Under the pieces are notes generated by a model. It worked only from the letters and a program-made list of their open reading frames with translations, searched no databases and was not told where the DNA came from. Positions 56,993-64,000 of a stretch of 64,000 bases of DNA are shown here, one piece after another. The stretch comes from Thermoplasmatota archaeon. Lineage in GTDB: Archaea > Thermoplasmatota > Poseidoniia > Poseidoniales > Poseidoniaceae. The stretch spans positions 10,830-74,829 of the forward strand of contig JAYYDR010000051.1 of assembly GCA_036160735.1 (NCBI GenBank), given 5' to 3'. Each line of letters opens with the position of its first letter. The stretch's first letter is position 1. The position numbers and the translations under genes are program-made.

Positions 56993-57442
56993 TCATTCAG
57001 AAAGGGTGAGTAATTCAGCCCCTTGTGGCACTTGGTCGCCTTCTTTGAAATGAATGGACTCAACCTTTCCGTCATTAGATGCAACGATTTTATGTTCCAT
57101 TTTCATCGCTTCCATGACCATGAGAATATCACCTGAAACGACATTCTGTCCTTTAGTTACGTAAACTTCGAGAATCTTCCCTGGCATTGGTGCAGTCAGG
57201 CCGCCATCATCGTCTGCAGATGAGGCGCCGGCCTCTACTACCTCGAATTGAAGCGTATGCCCTAGTACGTGTACCCACCAAACATCTCCAACCTTTGTTG
57301 CGATCGCTTTGTGCTTTCTTCCGTCGATTTCCAACCACAAATTTTCGCCAGTGTGCAAAGTCATTCCTTCATGGGTGAAAGAATTCCCATCCCTTGAAGG
57401 GTCGATTTCGATTCGACCATTTGAGGTTTTGAATTCCATCAA
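56993..57442 (-). CDS. Biotin carboxyl carrier / biotinyl-domain protein of an acyl-CoA carboxylase.
   Basis: VMEAMKMEHKI biotinylation motif. 149 aa. 4-nt overlap with the upstream biotin carboxylase gene. Confidence 0.8.
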   Translation of the reverse strand: MMEFKTSNGRIEIDPSRDGNSFTHEGMTLHTGENLWLEIDGRKHKAIATKVGDVWWVHVLGHTLQFEVVEAGASSADDDGGLTAPMPGKILEVYVTKGQNVVSGDILMVMEAMKMEHKIVASNDGKVESIHFKEGDQVPQGAELLTLSE

Positions 57443-58926
57443 GGATACCTCCTGCTAATCGTAGAGAAAGGAGATGGAATTACAGTTCCTCCACCCAAGG
57501 AAGTTACCGTCTTGCCGTGATTAGTTGATTCACAAGCTGCTGCAATCAGTAACCCAGCATCTGAAATTGTGCCTGCTTGGTTAGGAGACCACCCATCAGG
57601 CCACAGTCTGTCGATCATGTCGGTTGTGGTCCAGCCATCAACAACATCGGGATTGGTACAAAGTTCTCTGAGGAATCTGACATTTGTAGTGCAGCCCAAG
57701 ACAACGAACTCGTCCAATGCTCTGCACATTCTTTGGAGTGCTTCTTCTCTTGAAGGTGCCCAAACGATGAGTTTAGCGAGCATAGGATCGTAATCTGGCG
57801 TTACGGCGTCACCTTCCCTAACGCCCGTGTCCAAGCGTACACCTGGACCGGTCGGTGCAATGAATTTCTGCAGTACACCAATCGCTGGAAGAAAATTGTT
57901 TGACGGGTCTTCAGCATACAACCTCACTTCGATGGCGTGACCACGCATGTTGAGTGGACCACAACTCATTGCCTCACCACCAGCTATTCTCAATTGTTCG
58001 CGCACCACATCTACACCTGTAACCATCTCAGTTACAGGGTGCTCTACCTGAATTCTAGTATTCATTTCAAGGAAGAAAAATTCCCCTTTTGGGGTAACTA
58101 GGAACTCTACTGTTCCAGCTCCCTCGTAAGCCACTGCTCTTGCTGCATCGCATGCTGCTTCACCCATTGCTTCACGCAATTCTGCATCCAAGGCAACGCT
58201 GGGTGATTCTTCGAAGACTTTCTGATGTCTCCTCTGGATACTACATTCTCTTTCTCCAAGGTGGATTGTTTTACCATACTTATCCGCAAGGACTTGAATC
58301 TCAATGTGACGGCTGCCAGTTAGTAATCTCTCAACGTATATTCTATCATCACCGAAAGCGTTCAGTGCTTCTCTCATCGCTGCTCTCGCTTCGCTTTCCA
58401 AGTCTTCTTGCTTGTGTACTGCACGCATTCCTTTTCCACCGCCTCCAGCGGTTGCTTTGAGCAAGAGTGGATAACCAACAGATGGTGCGATTTGTAGAAC
58501 TTCTTCGAGACCACCAGTTACTTCTTCACCAGGAATTACAGGCACTCCGGCTTCTTTCATGGTGATACGTGCAGTCATTTTGTCGCCCATTTTGGTAATG
58601 GCTTCAGGAGAGGGGCCAATCCAAATCAACCCTGAATCCATGACTGCTTGTGCAAAATCTGCTCGCTCAGATAAGAATCCGAATCCAGGATGGACTGAGT
58701 CACATCCTGTATCTAATGCGATTCGTAGAATCTGTTCCTGGTTGAGGTAGGTCTCTGCTAGGCCCTCGCCTTCGAGTTGGACTGCTATGTCTGCGAGTTC
58801 TGTAAACAAGGTTCCAGAGTCGTTTTCAGCATAAATCGCAACTCCCTCGACACCGGCCTCACGGCACGACCTCAAAATACGGCATGCAATCTCACCGCGG
58901 TTTGCGACGAGAGTACGTTTTAGCAT
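57439..58926 (-). CDS. Biotin carboxylase subunit of an acyl-CoA carboxylase (methylcrotonyl/propionyl-CoA carboxylase alpha, BC portion).
   Basis: KRTLVANRGEIACRI, ATP-grasp motifs, EMNTRIQVEHPVTE. Confidence 0.85.
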   Translation of the reverse strand: MLKRTLVANRGEIACRILRSCREAGVEGVAIYAENDSGTLFTELADIAVQLEGEGLAETYLNQEQILRIALDTGCDSVHPGFGFLSERADFAQAVMDSGLIWIGPSPEAITKMGDKMTARITMKEAGVPVIPGEEVTGGLEEVLQIAPSVGYPLLLKATAGGGGKGMRAVHKQEDLESEARAAMREALNAFGDDRIYVERLLTGSRHIEIQVLADKYGKTIHLGERECSIQRRHQKVFEESPSVALDAELREAMGEAACDAARAVAYEGAGTVEFLVTPKGEFFFLEMNTRIQVEHPVTEMVTGVDVVREQLRIAGGEAMSCGPLNMRGHAIEVRLYAEDPSNNFLPAIGVLQKFIAPTGPGVRLDTGVREGDAVTPDYDPMLAKLIVWAPSREEALQRMCRALDEFVVLGCTTNVRFLRELCTNPDVVDGWTTTDMIDRLWPDGWSPNQAGTISDAGLLIAAACESTNHGKTVTSLGGGTVIPSPFSTISRRYP

Positions 58927-58930
58927 CGAA

Positions 58931-59767
58931 TCACTCCTCAGATTTCCAGTTAGGGCTTCTCTTTTCTAAAAAAGAAGAGAGACCTTCTTGCCCTTCATCA
59001 CTACCACGCATTCTACTAGTGAAATCAAGAGTCCAGAGGCGCAGAGATTCATCATCGCCTTCCCATCTGTCAAAACCAAGAGTCAATTCCTTAGCCGCTG
59101 TTACCGCACAAGGCCCCGTTGAGAGAACTTCTGATACAACGCTTGATTCATCTAATGAATCATCGATGCAATCGATCATTCCAATCCTCAGTGCTTCGTT
59201 TGTATCCATTCTACCAGCAAGCATTGCGTGCCTGCGGAAGTTCGCACTTCCCATTCTTCGGTAAACGTAGGGCCCGATTACTGCAGGCAGAATTCCTAAC
59301 TTGCCTTCCGATAGGGCGATTTTGACTCTGGAGTCACAAATTACGTGGTCTAAGCACGCAATCAAACCAGCACCGCCTCCAAGTGCTACACCCTGTATCT
59401 TTCCGATTGTAAAACAGGGGTGTGCCCACAAGCCATTGAATAGAGAATCCAATCTTTCAGAATCTCGGCGGTTTTCTTCAGGTGTATTTGCACCTGCATC
59501 TCGCATCATGTTGATATCGGCGCCAGCACAGAAGTGCTTACCTTCACCAGATAGAATTAGGACCCTAAGATAAGGAGTGCCATCATCAGAAACTAGTTTC
59601 CCATTGACACCTACTGAATTCTTAGCCGTCCAAGAAAATACCTCGATTAATTCAGTAATCATTTGTACGTTCAAAGCATTGTATTTCTCAGACCTTGCAA
59701 GGGTTACTCTTGCTATACAATCGTCAATTTCGACCTTTACTAGTGAGGTTTTTGGCATATCCTTCAT
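58931..59767 (-). CDS. Enoyl-CoA hydratase family protein (methylglutaconyl-CoA hydratase-like by context).
   Basis: HFCAGADINMM and GVALGGGAGLIACLDHVICD motifs. Sits between the carboxyltransferase and biotin carboxylase genes. Confidence 0.75.
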   Translation of the reverse strand: MKDMPKTSLVKVEIDDCIARVTLARSEKYNALNVQMITELIEVFSWTAKNSVGVNGKLVSDDGTPYLRVLILSGEGKHFCAGADINMMRDAGANTPEENRRDSERLDSLFNGLWAHPCFTIGKIQGVALGGGAGLIACLDHVICDSRVKIALSEGKLGILPAVIGPYVYRRMGSANFRRHAMLAGRMDTNEALRIGMIDCIDDSLDESSVVSEVLSTGPCAVTAAKELTLGFDRWEGDDESLRLWTLDFTSRMRGSDEGQEGLSSFLEKRSPNWKSEE

Positions 59768-59802
59768 GTGAAACTCTCCAATTGCAAATTTTAATTTCCC
59801 AA

Positions 59803-61413
59803 TTACATTCTAAATACGCCAAATCGGTCATCAGGCAGCTTTGCATTCTGACTTGCGGCTATGCAAAGTCCGAGCACATCTCGAGTATCTCTCGGGTCGA
59901 TTATTCCGTCATCCCAGAGTCTTGCGGTTGAATAATATGGACTTCCCTCAGTCTCATATTTTTCTAGAATTGGAGCTCTAAACGCCTCTAATTCTTCACC
60001 CTCCATGGGCTGTTGACCTTCTCTCGCCCTTTGGTCTTGTTTGACCGTTGTCAGTACATCTGCCGCTTGAGGACCGCCCATGACAGAAATTCTACTGTTT
60101 GGCCACATGAACAAGAAGCGTGGGTCGTATGCTCTTCCGCACATTCCGTAATTTCCTGCACCGTGTGAACCACCGACGATTACTGTGAATTTTGGTACGT
60201 TAACACAAGATACTGCAGTTACGAGTTTTGCGCCGTCTTTTGCGATGCCACCAGCCTCGTAGGCCTTTCCGACCATGAATCCTGTAATATTCTGTAGGAA
60301 AATAAGTGGTATTCCTCTTTGGCCACACAATTCAACGAAGTGAGCGCCTTTTAGAGATGATTCAGAGAATAGAATACCATTGTTGGCAACTATTCCAACT
60401 TTGTAGCCGTGAATGTGTGCGAATCCGCAAATCAGAGTTTGACCGTATCTCGATTTGAATTCGTGAAATCTGCTACCGTCAACGATCCTTGCTATGATTT
60501 CCTTGACGTCTACTGGAGTTCTGTTATCTGAAGGGATTAGACCCAGTAATTCATCCGGGTCATAGAATGGTTCCTCTGCATCTTTTCTATCGAATGGAGC
60601 CAAATCCCTTGAGCCGAGGTTTTCGACTACATTGCGAACCATTCGCAGCGCTTCGTTTTCATCTTCGGCGAAATGATCAGCCACACCGCTTTGTGAAGTG
60701 TGGACATCCGCGCCACCTAACTCCTCTGCAGTTACCTCTTCCCCGGTTGCTGCTTTGACTAGTGGTGGCCCGGCTAAGAAAATCGTACCATTGCCTTTGA
60801 CGATGATTGATTCATCACTCATTGCGGGAACATATGCCCCACCAGCGGTACAACTTCCGAGTACCGCTGCTACCTGTGGTATGCCGTCACCGGACATTTT
60901 TGCTTGATTTCTGAAGATTCTACCAAAGTGCCCAATATCTGGGAAAACTTCGTCTTGCATTGGGAGGAATGCCCCTCCCGAGTCTACCAAGTAAATGCAA
61001 GGAAGATTGTTTTCATGAGCGACGGTTTGAGCACGTATGTGTTTCTTTACTGTCATTGGATAGTAGGAGCCTCCTTTGACCGTTGCATCATTTGCTACGA
61101 ATAGGCACTCTCTGCCGTGTACTAAGCCGACACCGGTAACGATTCCGGCGCTATTTGCCCTACCATCATACAATTCGAATGCTGCGAGTGGAGATAATTC
61201 TAGGAATGCTGTACCTGGGTCGATGATTTTCTGAATCCTCTCACGGGCCAGCATTTTTCCTCTACTGCGGTGTCTTTCAACATATTTGCCACCGCCGCCT
61301 TCGCTCACTGCATCAAGTCTTGAGCGAAGTGTTTCTATCAACTCTAGATTGTGAGTGCGGCGGTTTTGGTAGTCTGGGTCAACACGATTTACACGAGTTG
61401 GTAACCTATCCAT
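59803..61413 (-). CDS. Acyl-CoA carboxylase carboxyltransferase subunit (3-methylcrotonyl-CoA carboxylase beta / propionyl-CoA carboxylase beta family).
   Basis: 536 aa. Conserved GGGxxxxxRxxxRGKxxARER N-terminal region and the two crotonase-like CT domains. Confidence 0.85.
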   Translation of the reverse strand: MDRLPTRVNRVDPDYQNRRTHNLELIETLRSRLDAVSEGGGGKYVERHRSRGKMLARERIQKIIDPGTAFLELSPLAAFELYDGRANSAGIVTGVGLVHGRECLFVANDATVKGGSYYPMTVKKHIRAQTVAHENNLPCIYLVDSGGAFLPMQDEVFPDIGHFGRIFRNQAKMSGDGIPQVAAVLGSCTAGGAYVPAMSDESIIVKGNGTIFLAGPPLVKAATGEEVTAEELGGADVHTSQSGVADHFAEDENEALRMVRNVVENLGSRDLAPFDRKDAEEPFYDPDELLGLIPSDNRTPVDVKEIIARIVDGSRFHEFKSRYGQTLICGFAHIHGYKVGIVANNGILFSESSLKGAHFVELCGQRGIPLIFLQNITGFMVGKAYEAGGIAKDGAKLVTAVSCVNVPKFTVIVGGSHGAGNYGMCGRAYDPRFLFMWPNSRISVMGGPQAADVLTTVKQDQRAREGQQPMEGEELEAFRAPILEKYETEGSPYYSTARLWDDGIIDPRDTRDVLGLCIAASQNAKLPDDRFGVFRM

Positions 61414-61461
61414 GTCTTCCCCTCAAATCACCGAGCAGCGATTTAGACTTGAATCAACCGC

Positions 61462-62739
61462 TTAGACACCGAGAATTAACCGACCGATACCACGCAGTCC
61501 CGGAGCCATTCCAACAATCATTACAGCTAGTACAATTAGGACTCGAAGATGCTGTTGTCTAGATTCGATTCTTAATTCAGAGAACATCCACACAATTAAT
61601 CCAGCAAGTGTCGCTTTGACCAAGAAAAAGAGCCATGCCCCTTCAGCAAGAATGTCCAAATCGTTTCCGAACTGGATGACTGCATCGGAAAGAGGATGTT
61701 TCTCTGAAAATCCAAAGTAGTCAATTCCAATCATTGTTGCAAGACCGTCGCAGAGTTGTCCAAACAACATTCCTGCCACCATCGGAGTTGCGAGAATTCC
61801 ACGAGGAGATAGCATCTCCACAGGGTGAGTAGAACGGTCTTCACTCTCCCACTCATCCAATGTCATACCATCGGGAATCACTCCTACTTCGTTTCCTGTC
61901 AAGCGTAATTGCATCAGGTCTTCTTCCCCTTTACGCCAAACAGCCCATGTGATAATTGCAGGCAAAACCACTGCGACGAGAACAGGCCAAAGTATAGCGT
62001 GGTCTTTGGGTAGCACATCGTTGTCATTGACCCATGGCGTAGACACTAATTGTGCCCAGTGGCCTAGCCCCATTGTGATCAATCCAATCGCAAATGCAAG
62101 CATGGAACGAGGAATTTCATGCCAATTCCATGTGTTGTGAATTACTACTGCAATCATTACTGCACCTGCAATAGACCCTCCTAAGATCCATGCATGACCT
62201 GTCTCGTGTGTGTGTACGCTTGGAAGTACAAGCAATCCTGTGAAGGCGATATAAGCCACGAGTAGCATCGTAAGCATAGAAAGGTGATTCTTCCTTCCAA
62301 TATGCCCGATTACTGCTGAAAGAATCAACCAAGCAGCAAGATGGATGTGGATGAGAGGAGAGATGAATAAAACATCGACTCCTTCTTTGAAGTAATCAGC
62401 GTCTTCCATAACTCTCAACACAGGAGCCAATGCAACCCATGCAATCAGTGCCCACACCATCTTGTCATCTACAGGAAGTTGCCACTTCCGGAATAGCGCT
62501 TGAAATGCGATTACTGCAGCAATCATCGTAGCGATGTAAACCGCTGTATTTACAGCAGTATATCCTGCATCACCAGATTTCCCAGCATCTTTAACGATCG
62601 GGTCCCAAATATACACCTTTACGAAATCATCCCAGAATATCTCCGGTGCGAAAACCAACCCACCAATTACAACTAAGAAAATTAATCCGATAACGGATAG
62701 TAGAATTCTCTCAGTGCTGGAGAATTCTGTGTCTTCCAT
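61462..62739 (-). CDS. Hypothetical polytopic membrane protein (10 or more TM; His-rich loops).
   Basis: Hydrophobicity. Start chosen at MEDTEFSS to avoid overlap with the FKBP gene. Confidence 0.45.
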   Translation of the reverse strand: MEDTEFSSTERILLSVIGLIFLVVIGGLVFAPEIFWDDFVKVYIWDPIVKDAGKSGDAGYTAVNTAVYIATMIAAVIAFQALFRKWQLPVDDKMVWALIAWVALAPVLRVMEDADYFKEGVDVLFISPLIHIHLAAWLILSAVIGHIGRKNHLSMLTMLLVAYIAFTGLLVLPSVHTHETGHAWILGGSIAGAVMIAVVIHNTWNWHEIPRSMLAFAIGLITMGLGHWAQLVSTPWVNDNDVLPKDHAILWPVLVAVVLPAIITWAVWRKGEEDLMQLRLTGNEVGVIPDGMTLDEWESEDRSTHPVEMLSPRGILATPMVAGMLFGQLCDGLATMIGIDYFGFSEKHPLSDAVIQFGNDLDILAEGAWLFFLVKATLAGLIVWMFSELRIESRQQHLRVLIVLAVMIVGMAPGLRGIGRLILGV

Positions 62740-62783
62740 GTCAATACCACGCCGATTAAGGTGATGAGTATTGCGTGCAATAA

Positions 62784-63560
62784 TCACTCTTCTTCGCTGC
62801 CTGCGTCGCATTCCTTAACTTCGCAGGATGGGTCTTCACAGCTCGGGTTTTCACAAGAGCCCTCTGAAGATTCCTCTGCAGCGACACGAGGCTCGTGTAC
62901 TTCAACGAATGAGACCTTGCCTGCCTCGACTGCGTCACGAAGAACTGTAACTAAGCGGAATTTCTGCATTGCAGCGTTAGGGTCGAATAGCATTGTTTGA
63001 GGGACGATGATTGAAATGTCATCTCCGTCGAAAGATACCTCAAAGCCTTCTTGACCTGTGTTTGCTTCTAGGAGAGCTGCAACCTTCTCTTCCTTTCCTT
63101 CTACGACCTTTACAATCTTGTAGTCATACTTCAGAGTGCGACCAGCCATTGGGTGGTTGTAATCGATTCTTGCGCGACCTGCTGCTAGGTAGGAAAGAGT
63201 TCCTTGACGACCCTCGATTGAAACTGGGCCTCCGATGTAAAGTGACTTAGGGTCACGGACGTGTCTTAGCAACTTGTCGACTGAAATTGTCTCGATTTGG
63301 TCTGGGTCCTTCTCGCCGTAGGCATCAGCAGGTGCGATCTCTAGTGAGACATCCTTGTCTGCTTCAGCCTCAAGAAGGCTGTCTTCAAATCCGGAGATTA
63401 GGTTTCCAGCACCGACTACGCAGACAAGAGGAGTGTATGTTCTACCCTCCTGGTGCATGTCATGCTCCTTTGCGACTTCTTCTCTTGTGGTCTCAATCAA
63501 ATCGCCGGAGTCTGCGTTATACAGGTCATAATCGACGTGGACAATGGTTCCTTCTTCCAT
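62784..63560 (-). CDS. Long-type FKBP peptidyl-prolyl cis-trans isomerase (SlyD-like, with IF insert) carrying a Cys-rich acidic C-terminal tail.
   Basis: GTIVHVDYDLYNADSGDLIETT and GRTLKYDYKIVKV FKBP motifs. Tail CENPSCEDPSCEVKEC. Confidence 0.8.
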   Translation of the reverse strand: MEEGTIVHVDYDLYNADSGDLIETTREEVAKEHDMHQEGRTYTPLVCVVGAGNLISGFEDSLLEAEADKDVSLEIAPADAYGEKDPDQIETISVDKLLRHVRDPKSLYIGGPVSIEGRQGTLSYLAAGRARIDYNHPMAGRTLKYDYKIVKVVEGKEEKVAALLEANTGQEGFEVSFDGDDISIIVPQTMLFDPNAAMQKFRLVTVLRDAVEAGKVSFVEVHEPRVAAEESSEGSCENPSCEDPSCEVKECDAGSEEE

Positions 63561-63575
63561 GGTATTTCACCTAAC

Positions 63576-63590
63576 GCCCCCTACGGGGGC
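63576..63590. terminator. Hairpin gccccc-tac-gggggc between the upstream minus-strand gene stop (63616) and the FKBP start (63560).
   Basis: 6-bp GC stem with TAC triloop, read directly. Confidence 0.4.
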
Positions 63591-63615
63591 ATTTCGGCGA
63601 CCAACCATCCCTATT

Positions 63616-64000
63616 TCAATGAGTTGGGTCTCTCCGGGGTACCCACATGGCAAGACTTGCTAGCAACATCAACACCCATCCACCCCATACCAAGTGGATT
63701 CCAGGCAAATCATACACCATGATTCTAACAAGGTCACTGCCCTCCATTAAAGAGCGTGCTTGAGTGCCGTCCATAATCAGAACTAAATCTCCATGCCACA
63801 TACTTATTCTATCGACTTCTGACCTAGAACGAGTATCAAATCTTAACACACCAGGTTCAACGGTTTCAATCAGTTCTCCGTCTTTGTATACGTTGATTAC
63901 AGCGCCAAGATATCCGTCCCCGACTTCAAGGTCTTCGGTTTGCGTAACAACTTCCGTGAATTCGAATTCATAGCCTTCCCATTCAACCTTCTCGTCTTTG
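63616..64000 (-). CDS. Partial CDS (5' end beyond the window). Hypothetical protein with a C-terminal TM anchor (...IHLVWGGWVLMLLASLAMWVPRRDPTH).
   Basis: Manual translation shows the frame open from the window edge through the listed 77-aa ORF. Confidence 0.4.
   Translation of the reverse strand, partial: KDEKVEWEGYEFEFTEVVTQTEDLEVGDGYLGAVINVYKDGELIETVEPGVLRFDTRSRSEVDRISMWHGDLVLIMDGTQARSLMEGSDLVRIMVYDLPGIHLVWGGWVLMLLASLAMWVPRRDPTH

Noticed and set aside
1-64000. Search for mobile elements, CRISPR arrays, integrases, restriction-modification or toxin-antitoxin pairs.
   Set aside because: No transposase or integrase motifs, no regularly spaced direct repeats, no methyltransferase or nuclease signatures found. 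The window looks like core chromosome rather than an island.

Overview
The window reads as a euryarchaeal chromosome segment, based on archaeal Orc1/Cdc6, a PGF-CTERM sorting signal, archaeal-type PPAT, a FlaI/TadA-TadB-TadC pilus module and lipobox signal peptides. GC is moderate (roughly mid-40s %) and coding density is high, mostly on the minus strand. I found no transposase, integrase, CRISPR array or rRNA/tRNA gene.

Main blocks:
- A 1942-aa Asn/Thr/Ser/Gly-rich secreted surface protein with signal peptide, C-terminal TM anchor and cytoplasmic tail (219-6047).
- A housekeeping run: ThiI-like PP-loop protein, hotdog thioesterase, EF-Tu-like protein with degenerate P-loop, PfkB kinase, stand-alone biotin carboxylase, CysJ-like FAD/NADPH reductase domain, MBL-fold hydrolase.
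- An AT-rich ~410-bp repeat-containing gap immediately upstream of orc1/cdc6, a candidate replication origin.
- GT2 glycosyltransferase and a PPAT fused to a DUF359 (GTP-dependent dephospho-CoA kinase-like) domain.
- A 295-bp GC-rich non-coding gap that may hold a structured RNA.
- A 760-aa wHTH-headed orphan protein divergent from a small wHTH protein plus a 32-aa Cys-rich mini-ORF.
- Metabolic genes: aldolase, MoaE/MoaC, GlpX FBPase, PaaA/BoxB-like diiron oxygenase with an HTH_10 regulator, several crotonases, 3-hydroxyacyl-CoA dehydrogenase, aldehyde dehydrogenase.
- A Tad-like archaeal type IV pilus locus (ATPase, split platform TadB/TadC, two small pilin-like proteins).
- ABC-2 exporter, Ham1, CrcB, NadA, Bud32, a PAP2-domain membrane protein, DUF971-Mrp/ApbC pair, LMW-PTP/ArsC.
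- A 1062-aa extremely acidic Met/Tyr/Trp/Cys-rich lipobox plus PGF-CTERM surface protein carrying canonical EF-hand loops and an LDL-receptor-A-like calcium cage.
- A methylcrotonyl-CoA-carboxylase-like leucine catabolism cluster (carboxyltransferase, hydratase, biotin carboxylase, BCCP), then a polytopic membrane protein and a long-type FKBP.

Most notable observations:
- An unusual Cys-flanked motif (CYEWEYWN.D.VDE....GCP) shared between the pilus platform protein TadB-like and the acidic PGF-CTERM protein.
- The EF-hand/LDLa-like calcium modules in that archaeal surface protein.
- The candidate oriC beside orc1/cdc6.
- A recurring family of short GC-rich 7-12 bp stem-loops with 3-4 nt TAY loops placed 5-20 nt downstream of stop codons.
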